From NCBI GenBank assembly GCA_950097015.1, contig CATNEN010000011.1, forward strand, positions 682,001 to 746,000: a stretch of DNA of 64,000 nt. The letters are read 5' to 3'. Below, in pieces: positions 45,801 through 55,172 of this stretch (the first letter of the stretch is position 1; every line of letters starts with the position of its first letter). The position numbers and the translations under genes are program-made. This DNA comes from Macrostomum hystrix. Its lineage: Eukaryota; Animalia; Platyhelminthes. The notes beneath the pieces are model-generated. The model was not told where the DNA came from and made no database searches. It worked only from the letters and a program-made list of their open reading frames with translations.

Positions 45801-47388
45801 ATACAGTTCGGAGTAAGGCTTCTTGTTGAAGGACACAAATTTCTTCCGGTGGAGTCGAGAATCGAACACCTGACCTTCAAGTCGTGAGTCCGATGCTCTA
45901 ACCACTAAGCTACAACCCCTTTATAGATAAGAGCTATAAGTTACAGATTATTGTGTGGCAACGCCAAAATGAAAACCTGTTACTGAACTTACAGGCACTC
46001 AGGCACCCGTGACCGCACCAGCCAGCGGAGTGCGACCACGCCAAACCACCCGGTACGCTGCTCGTTGCTGCAGCAGAATTTGCGAAGGCCGAAATAAAAC
46101 CTGGCAGGATTTCTCTGGCGAGACTGTTCATCTACTACAGACCAACAGAACTGATGGGATGGAGGTCAGCTTCAGTTTGCAGGAGAAGCAGCTGCTGCGA
46201 GGTCTCAGCACAGTGCAGGGCCAGCTGTTGACCTTGCTAAGGCTTATCTTCAAGCGGAACATGACAGAAATAGGCGGTGTTCATGGACTAACGATTGACC
46301 ATGCTAATACTTTGCTGCTCTTTGTGCTAGCCTCACATGGACAAAAGAATGACAAGATTTGGCAGCCGAGCAACCTGACTCAACTGCTAGAAGAATCCTT
46401 GGACAGAATGCTAGCCTTCCTTGACCTCAAGAACTCGAGTGATGTTTGCATGCCCCATTTCTTCATTCCGGATGCTCTATTGTACATCGAAGATGCCAGC
46501 ATTTGCACCGATTCGCCTGACACCAAGGAGGCCATTCGAACTCTGCTCAGAACTTTGAGAAGCGATGTTGAGAAACTGGCTGATGATTTCGAAGAAAACT
46601 TGCGCGTAATCGAGTCTGAAAAGCTCATCTTTCACCCCTTCACCTTGCTGCCACTCATACCGCTGCCTTTGGTCCCTCTATCACTGCCGCATGGCTCTAA
46701 TGCCGAGACGGCTATGCTGAGCATCTACATTCTAGTGCACCAATGTCTCGAGTATCTGATGCAGCCATCAGAAGCTACAATGTCACTGCCATACGAATCT
46801 AATTGGTGTCAATCAGCAGTTTTATGCCTCAAGGCGATGCAACATCTGAAGCTTGACAGGAAGGATGATGCGGTGAGGGTACTGCAGCAACTGACAAGTC
46901 ACCGAGTACAGAGGGCCTGGAAGGAAGCGGACTTACGACCGTTTATTAAGCGATACGCTAACTACACGGACTTCGTCTGGGAGTGGCCACTGAGCAACAG
47001 TTTCGACTGGGCCTGGCGATTCTGCTTCCCCTGCCAAGGGCGGCCTTCGCTTCCATTTCTGCCCGGCTTCACGCAATCGCTTTTCACCGCCAGACTATCA
47101 CAGCTCAGGAGCTCGCACTTCTACGTGAACTTTCGCTGTCTCACCTGGAGCCTACAAGCCGAGCTGCTGGGTTACCGACCAACTGGCGCCTGGCTTGACG
47201 AGCTGCGATCAGAGGATCCCGACTTTGAGGAGCTGCTCACCCTGGCTCATTACAGCGATAGGCGCGAGGAACTGGAGTTCTGTGTGGAACGAATGCAGGA
47301 AATCAGAGATAAAGGACGATTCGCTATGGAGACCGTCGATAAGGAGAGGCTGGATTGGGTGAAGGAAAAACTAAGCAAACTCGCTTGA
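39874..47388 (+). CDS. Ankyrin-repeat / Mab-21 (cGAS-like receptor, cGLR) protein, ~2090 aa. Exons 39874-40356, 40905-44911, 44992-45045, 45143-45477, 45995-47388
   Basis: Exons join in frame (6273 nt); the third intron is GC-AG. About 1400 aa of ~39-aa AAxxGH-type helical repeats end in canonical ANK repeats (DEDGTTAVMLAADEGY, DRQGRTALTRAC). These are followed by a Mab-21-like region: VITGDFADG...ADIH, HLL...VSFSLQEKQLL, LLTLLRLIFK, HANTLLLF, W...L..LL..L..FL...MPHFFIP. The start codon is uncertain. Confidence 0.8.
40498..40845 (+). mobile_element. SINE family 2 copy in intron 1 of the ANK-cGLR gene
   Basis: Colinear with 51328-51693. Confidence 0.8.
45645..45919 (-). mobile_element. SINE family 1 copy (antisense) in the last intron of the ANK-cGLR gene
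   Basis: Reverse complement begins ggggttgtagcttagtggttagagcatcggactc and contains the same core as 7143. Confidence 0.8.
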
Positions 47389-47534
47389 CAGTCACTGAGC
47401 TCGCTGTCTGCGATAAATGATTTTGTTGTTTATGGAATCACTAAATTCAGTAATAATTGCAGTAGTTTTTAGTTATATGTTTTGTTTGCTTTGTTGCACA
47501 AATAATTGCTTTGATTTACGATACATCAAAACCC

Positions 47535-47660
47535 ACCCACCCGGATTTCTACCCCAGCTAGCACTCATTTTCCAGCTGGGTGAGCGAAGCAATTGGGAAT
47601 TAAGAGTACTGCTCAGAGATAGATTTGACCTGTGGTCCCTAACCTCTGAGCTGCAAGATC
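47535..47660 (-). mobile_element. Degenerate SINE family 1-like fragment
   Basis: cagctgggtga / taccccagct core motifs on the minus strand. Confidence 0.45.
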
Positions 47661-48742
47661 CATATATAAAAGCAACACGCATCGCTCAACAAGCATAAAC
47701 TAATAAGTACACAAAGCCAAGTGCTTTTTGTTTTGTTTTGTTAGTCTTTTGTTAGTTGTGTTTTGTTAGTAGTTTTTTACAAGGCAAATATTTGTTGTTC
47801 TTCTGCCCTGATACAAGTGCCACACTTGACCTTGGGAATCCTGTTTCTTGCATCAAATTTTACCGTACACTATTTGTGATCTCTATGAATACTGATTGAA
47901 CCCCTAAGTACAATCACAAATATAGAAGAACTCTGCATTGACTTTTTGTTCGAGCACATTATACTCGTTTTCAGCGTGCTAAAAATATTCCAATTAGAAG
48001 TTCCTAAGAAATGACACCCAGCTTCGTTTCGCTGAATGAACAGCCAGCTGCAGCTATGGCGCGGTGCTTCTGTGTGTGTGTGTGTGTGTGTGTACACCAG
48101 TTCAGTCCATGGACTGGGAAGCTGCCTCACCCACTCCAACATTTTAACATTCCAACATTACAGCTAGGTGAACAGAAGCACTATTGATCAAGGACACATT
48201 GACGATTGCCCTGTTATTCCCCTTCGCTCCAGAGGTTGAACTCTCGAGGGATTGTTACACGGAGATCCTACTGTTAAAATCAGCAAGGAGGTGGACTTCT
48301 TGCTCCGATAAAGTTTATCAGCACAACCCTTCCTCTTTTATCGAATTGTCATTCTGACCTTAATCCACATAATCTAACATAAATCTAAACGAAATAATTT
48401 AGCGATTTTATACACAGAACTGTTAAGAAAACTCAATTACCAACCACATAATCGAAGCGATTGACAACAGAAAATTAGAAAAAACGTAATTACAGTTTTA
48501 TGTATCCTGGAATGATTGAATTGACTTGCACCAATATGTGAGCTACTTGTAGTTCCGATCAGATCTCGATGGAGCCACTACCATAATTTATCGTCCTACC
48601 ATCGTAACCGCGAATGCAAATGTGTGGCTGGACAAGGAATTTTATGGGTGTGTCAGCATTAGCATAAATTCAGTGAGATTGTTTGTCATTAACGCGCTGC
48701 GTAACTCATATCGTTTGAAATCTAATTACACAGAGCAAGGAA

Positions 48743-51700
48743 ATGAGCATACAGCAGATATATAAAAATGACGATCGTGTTGAGCAAAATCAAATTATTC
48801 ACCAGAGCCAGCTAAAAGCGTTGGCTGTTCGTGAAATTTTCCATCTAAAACACAGCAGTGCTGATCCAAAAGCGAAATTTAAGCGATTCAACTGGTCTGA
48901 AATCGTGTCATCGACGCGACCTGCGCTTCCTTCAGCTGATTTAAATCATCACCCAGCTTCTGGCATGAACTCGCAGCCCAGCACACTGGCAGCCGCGATT
49001 AAAAGCAGCGGACTGAGATTCTGTCAGTCCAGTTCATTGCGTGGCGTTGGCCGGCTAACAAAGACTGATCGGCCAGTGCTAACCGGAGTTTGGCTAGTCT
49101 TTGTTCTGACCATGCTGGCATTCATGGTGGCTGCGGTCACCAGCCTGGTGCAGCGGTGAGGTTTTTCGGCACTTAATTCTGCTTCGGTCGAGCCAATCTG
49201 CTATCTCTACTGGAAATAAAAAACTCTAACCTACAGGTACCTGCGCTACGAGACAACGATCATGTCAACGGTTCATGCGAATTCGCCGACTGAATTTCCC
49301 AGCACAACACTGTGCCTGCTGCATCCGTTTCCGGAACGAGTCAGGCGACTCTGGGAGAGCAACATGTCCGAGTGGTCACCGAAGCAGATGAATGAGTAAG
49401 GCTTCCTTTTGATCTAGTCAACATGATCTATCGTGTCGGCTTGACTTGTGGCCCTTTTCTGAAATCATTTTAAGTCATCAGCTAAAAGTCATCGCCAAAT
49501 TAGCCGCGGAAACAAACTCAAGGACTTAGGTGTCAGAGCCGGAAGCGTTAACGCTCTGCCACTCACCTAACGAATCATTCTTTTAATTAAGTCGACTGAA
49601 CTCTTGTCCTTCAAATATATTTTTGTCATTGGCCCCACTAAATTATGTAAGACACAAGCCATAAACTCGCGTTCCAGTCGCCTTAGACAGCAAGTTCACA
49701 ATCTAATGAAATCTTCGGATTTGAGCAAGGCGAGTGTTTTGAGTCACTACGACAAGCGCAGCATGTACTACCAGAGCCTGGATCCGGACGTGGCGCTGCA
49801 ATTCGGATACCAGGTTGACGAGGCTCTGATGGCGGTGATGACTGTGCAGGGAAACTTCGCCTGTATTGGGGTGAGCCTATACTATATTTTTATTATTTGC
49901 AGGAGGGCTGGGGCAGACACGCACACTGATACCGTACACAGGCACACTGCACACACTCACAGGTGCGTACATCTGCCCTTACTTTCTTATCGTCCCCGTT
50001 CCTTGGCCCTCGAGGGCGTACATTAGACGACAAGCCCCGAAGCCTTCTCTCCGCGGCTGCGCCCCAAATTAATGTGGCCTCGCCGCGGAATCGAGCTCAG
50101 GGACCTTGGTGCAAGAGGCACAGGCGTTAACCGCTTTGCCACTCACCCTCTGCCTATACGAGGCTTAGCATAAGTTAATCAAAATGATGTTTTCTACTCG
50201 TAGATCTCTCATGTGAGTACAATAATTTTAAACAAGAACTTTTCCTAGACTTGCCCGCAGTGGGCTTCTCGGCGGGAAAAGGTACTGCGGTAAAGTCTCC
50301 AGTGTAATCCAGTTTTTTTCCTAGTCGCATTCGAATTTTTAAGACAACCCATGGATTTTGTCTTTCCTTGGCCAACAGCCAAGGAGGGGGTTGTAGCCTA
50401 GTGGTTTGATTGGTATCAGCATGAGCTGGGTTAATTGCGAGTGTGGCGTTTCTTCAGTCCATGGACTGAACAGCCGGTATGCAGCCATCAGAATCAGATG
50501 CGCCGCGCAATAGCCGCGGCTGTGTATCTGGCCCAATCGGGGCAGGTGTAATAAAAAGTATAATTATTATATAATATGGACATTGTAGATTGTACTTGTT
50601 CTTACGAAGTTTATACATACAGGAGTTTGATTCTAATCATGCAGCAATATGACTGCACCTTCGACTCCGGCACAAAACTGACAACAAGCACCTGGAGCCA
50701 TCCGGACTACTTCAACTGCTTCACATTGAACATCGAGGGCGACTCAACCGGAGTGGATTCATTGACCGTGGTGATCAGCATCGGCAGGCAGCCGAAGCAC
50801 ACCGGCCCGCAAACCGCGTTTGTGCAGGACGTCTTTGAACAAGCCTGGGGCATCATGGCTGCTGTACACGAGGCTGGACAGTATCCTGGAATTAAGAGAC
50901 ACTCTGTCTACCTGCAGAACGGAAAGCTGAATGAGGTAAAAATGTGATAAAAATATGACTTCCAATATTCTGAATCCTTGCAGTCTAGAACTCAATTACA
51001 CCTAAAATATGCAGCTAAAGTTCGAAGCTGTCAGGCATGAGCTGACAGCCACCCCGACGCGCCCGTGCATCAGTACAATTGAAAAGTCCACACGCGGTCG
51101 TCTGCGTGACCTAGACCTCCTAGTTGACTACAGCCACGAGAAGTGCACCGAAGCTGCCGCCGCAAAGGTTATTGTGAAGCACTGCCGCTGCCTGCCCGCC
51201 TGGCTCATGCGGCAAGTGCGCCCAGGGCAGGTGCCCTACTGCGGCGACCTCAGACAAGGCGTGGCCAGCCTGTTCGAGCGGCTCTCTTGCCTGGGTGAGG
51301 ATCGACAGATGAGAAACTGCCTAACTTGGAGGGTCGCTGGCGGAGCGGTTAACGTGTTTGCCTCTCGCACCAAGGTCCCTAAGTTCGATTCCACGGCGAG
51401 GCCACATTTATTTGGGGCGCAGCCGTAGAGAGAAGGCTTTGGGGGCTTGTGGTGCAATTTACGCCTTTGAGGGCCAACCTCCAATGCACAGTGAGAGAGC
51501 ACACTGCATGGTGATAAGAAAGTCAGGGCAGATGTACACACCTGTGTAATCGTGTGCCTGCGTACAGTATCTGTGTGCGTGCGGGCTCAGGAGTCAGCGG
51601 AATAGGCAGAATTGGCTTCTCGCTGGCTGCGGGTCTAGTGTCACCAAATGATGTGCAGTTACCCGCAGCACTCCTGCAATTATTATTATTATTAACTGCC

Positions 51701-53320
51701 TAGCCTTAAATTGAAATGAATTATTTTTTTGCGAAGGCGAATCACGAATTTTTTAACCTTAGAAACTCTTTAAATTTCAGAAATTATTGGAGCTCGTTCC
51801 TCGGTGGTTAAAGCATCAAACTTCGACTGAGACTCTGAGAGGTCGGGAGTTCGAATCTGAGCCCAGGCAGAACGATTTCCAGTATCAGCTGGGGTAGAAA
51901 CTTAGATGTGGCGTCCATTCCAGTCCACACACAGAAGAGCTGTACACAGACGTTGTGTTTTAGCTGCGGCTGTTTCACTGCCTGTACACCTATCCTAAAG
52001 GGGCCATGTAATGTCTTCTTTATCTATCATTAGCTAAAACTCTAGGCTCTTGTCATAGTATTCGTTTTTTGTGTATTTTATATAAGAATCCGCAAATTCA
52101 TTGGCCAAAAATGTTTTAATAAGTTTAAACACTTTGTCTGCTTTAATCTTTAGATTTCTTTGTTTTAACTTATTATTTAACTCACCAAATGTGCACAAAA
52201 ATATAATAATTGCAGGACATCGATTGGTGACACGAGGAGACAATTCTGCCCATTCCGCTGACTCCTGAGCACACGCCAAACACGCATAGATACCGTATGC
52301 AGGCATATGCTCACACAGTTGTGCACATCTGCCCTGAATTTTAATCGTCAGGCAGTGTACACTTTTAATTTGCCCTTAAGGGCGTAAATTGCACGACAAG
52401 CTCCCAAGCCTTCTCTCCGCGGCTGCGTCTCAAATGAATGTGCCTCGCCGCGGAATCGAGCTCAGGTACCTTGGTGCGAGAAGCAAACGTGTTAGACTGC
52501 TCTACCACTCACCCCTTCCTAATTGTGCAATAAAATTTTATTAATTGATCAGTAGCGGTGCCAAAGTGTGCACCGATAATGTTAAACTAATCACATCAAC
52601 GTGCTAAAACGGCCTTAAATCATCGGGTAGAGCCCACACTAAACCATCTCATTCCCAGAGCGCATCACCCCGATGCTGGCTTCGGATGCATCGTCGGCAA
52701 GCAGCCGCTGTCCCGAGCGTTGCAGTCGAATTGAATATCGAGCTGCCGTGTCGCAAACCGACTGGCTGGTCAGCCGTTGGCAGATGCTGCGCATGGTGCA
52801 ACAGCACGCCCTGTGGAGTCGACTCTATCAGAGCCTAGGCCCAGAACTGGACGCCAACAAGGAGGGCGCGAATGCCAGCGCCACTCTAAGTCGACTGAGA
52901 AGCTACTTCAGCAGGCGCGACATCGACAATCTAACAGACCTGTCAGCTGACGATGACACGCTTGGCAGGTGGGCACAGCTAGCCAGCGAGCTGCAAGGCC
53001 ACGGTGGAGGAGGCGACAGTGGCGATCATCAGTTCGTCTTCTTGCGCGTTCGACGCGCTACAGGAGACGCCACGGAGACGCGCAGGGAGACTCTAACACT
53101 AAATTTCTACAGCTTAGTCTGTCAGATTGGCGGTGTGTGCAGTCTAACCCTTGGCCTCAGCTGTGCATTCATTGTAGAGCTGTTTGAATGGGTCTACATC
53201 AGCCTAACTGGCACAAGGCGCGAACTAACAGCGCAAGAGGCACCACAGGCAGTGGCTAATGAAGTGGCCATCACAGCGGCTAAACTTGATTCAACGACTG
53301 ACGCACCGGCAGCTGTGTGA
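48743..53320 (+). CDS. DEG/ENaC (amiloride-sensitive sodium channel family) subunit, ~660 aa. Exons 48743-49155, 49237-49395, 49687-49870, 50645-50935, 51015-51294, 52659-53320
   Basis: In-frame exon chain (1989 nt). TM1 VWLVFVLTMLAFMVAAVTSL, post-M1 YLRYET...FPSTTLC, HPDYFNCFTLN, VHEAGQYP, Cys-rich thumb (CI...YSHEKC...C.CLP, C..RC..IEY), TM2 LVCQIGGVCSLTLGLSCAFIVE. Boundaries of exons 3 and 4 are less certain. Confidence 0.88.
49885..50150 (-). mobile_element. SINE family 2 copy (antisense), DEG/ENaC intron 3
   Basis: Reverse complement of the family 2 head and tail. Confidence 0.75.
50386..50572 (+). mobile_element. SINE family 1 copy with internal deletion, DEG/ENaC intron 3
   Basis: Head ggggttgtagcctagtgg joined directly to the 3' half of the element. 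Confidence 0.75.
51328..51693 (+). mobile_element. tRNA-derived SINE family 2, full-length copy
   Basis: A box tggcggagcggtt, B box agttcgattcc, (att)n tail. 9-bp direct repeat aactgccta at 51315-51323 and 51694-51702 (candidate TSD). Confidence 0.85.
51789..52010 (+). mobile_element. Diverged SINE family 1-related copy
   Basis: A/B boxes (ctcggtggttaa, gggagttcgaatct) and cagctgggg...gtggcgtcc...cagtcc body. Confidence 0.6.
52198..52515 (-). mobile_element. SINE family 2 copy (antisense), DEG/ENaC intron 5
   Basis: aataataattgcagga tail and ccgcggaatcgagctcagg head in reverse orientation. Confidence 0.75.
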
Positions 53321-54674
53321 CTGGAGCACTTGGCATGAGAACCGTACTTTAAGCAACTATGTAGGCATCTGCGAGCGTGTTTATTAAAAAGTTAACAAAA
53401 GTTAACAGAGTACAATTCTCGTTTCTACACTTGCTTCCGATGCATATTCAACAGAAGCGTATGAAATGCCAGTAAATCATGGTTAATTGTATTTTTGGGA
53501 GCTTTTGTATAGTTTTGGTTTAACCCTATCAAGATATATCTATTACGCATATTTATGTAACCCCACTAATTAGCGGTTTGTAGAGCGTATACACAACTAG
53601 TTATAACCAGAGAATTTATAAAAATGTTTTTTGCATAGCAGCACTTAATGTACTACGCAACACACATTTATACTAGCTACGTGATTAAAAAAGGCAGTAT
53701 TAACGCCGCTAGCTGTTTCGAAAAAAACAAAGAAATATAAAATTAACTGAACAATTTAACGAAAGTTTTATTGATTTGAAGATTAATTTACATTTTGCTT
53801 GGACCGTGTTTGTTAAGATGATAAATTTAAATACAAACAATCAAGTAAATAGAACGACCCAATTATTATACACATTACATCATCAATGGTCGCAAAATTA
53901 CAATGAAGAACGATTACAGATGGCAGAATCGCAATACAGTGTACTAATTTACACACGCTATATCAAGTTTCATTATCATTAATTTTAAATGATGAAACGA
54001 CATGCGCAACAGAAACTGTGCACTGTAAACAGGTAAAAATGTCACGTAAGAAGGCCTAAAACAGCTATAACGATACTAATTTGTCAACTATAACAGCTAC
54101 AATTGAAATTATTTTATGCAGCGAGAAAATTATTTCTTAATGTGCTCACGACGATTAAGTGTATTATGGTTAATAAACATTTGGCGGCACCTGGTAAGCA
54201 GCCTGTTCTCAGGTGCTAGAACATCTTTGATTATTAGAATTATCAGAAGTTATAGGGCTGGGTTGAACTGAGTTGAATTAAAAGCGTTAATAGTGGCATT
54301 AGAATGAGTATATCAGATTATCCCTGCCGTTGAATAATGATTATTAATTCTAGCACAACATAATTATTTAAGCAATTAGATGTTAGTAACCTTTATATTG
54401 TTGACAAAGACAAACAAATACAACAGTTGGGAATAAAAAGCCTAAAATTAGAAAGCCTTAAAATAATTTTTAAGTACAAAATGTATAGCAAGACAGTGTA
54501 TTGCTGATTGTCTAAAGACAGGTAACAAGCAGGTCTAGCTTAATAAGAATTTAAATTTTATGTACAGTTCACTCATATTTGAAAATCAGTTAACTCACAA
54601 ATTGAATCGCAACTCATTGTTGTAGGCAATACTGTAAATTGTTGCAGCCAAGTAGCTTATAGACTACTGACAGA

Positions 54675-54780
54675 GACGTCGGGAGTTCGAAGGGAAAAAT
54701 TGTGTCCTTGAGCAAGACACTTGCTGCTTGTACCAGCATTAGCTGCTATTGAAACATGGGTTAGTTGGCTGCATGCAGTG
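54675..54780 (+). mobile_element. SINE family 1 fragment
   Basis: gtcgggagttcga...gtgtccttgagcaagacactt core. Confidence 0.5.
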
Positions 54781-55172
54781 TTTGGATGGGTTCTACCACA
54801 TTCTATGCAAGTGGGTTAGGCGTAATTCCTTTGATCTATTTTCTTTTTGGTCGTCATAAGTTCAACCCAGAAAAAAGGCAATAGCGATTAGATTGTAATC
54901 TTTGCCATCTCTGCCAGTTCCTAGGAACAGTGGCGACATAATACTATCTGATAGTATTCAGATATCAAGCCTTCCAGATTTTAAGTTTGTACAAAACTCG
55001 TTGTTTAAACTCATGAAAAGTTTCAACACTAAGACAACAGTTATAAGAGTATGTATGATGGACTGTGCGGATATTCGTGTGCTATTTCTGTTGAACCGCA
55101 CATCTCTATCTCATCACCAAATTAATCTGGCAGGTCAAAGTTAGGCGAATAATAATAACTTCTTTCTCGGCG

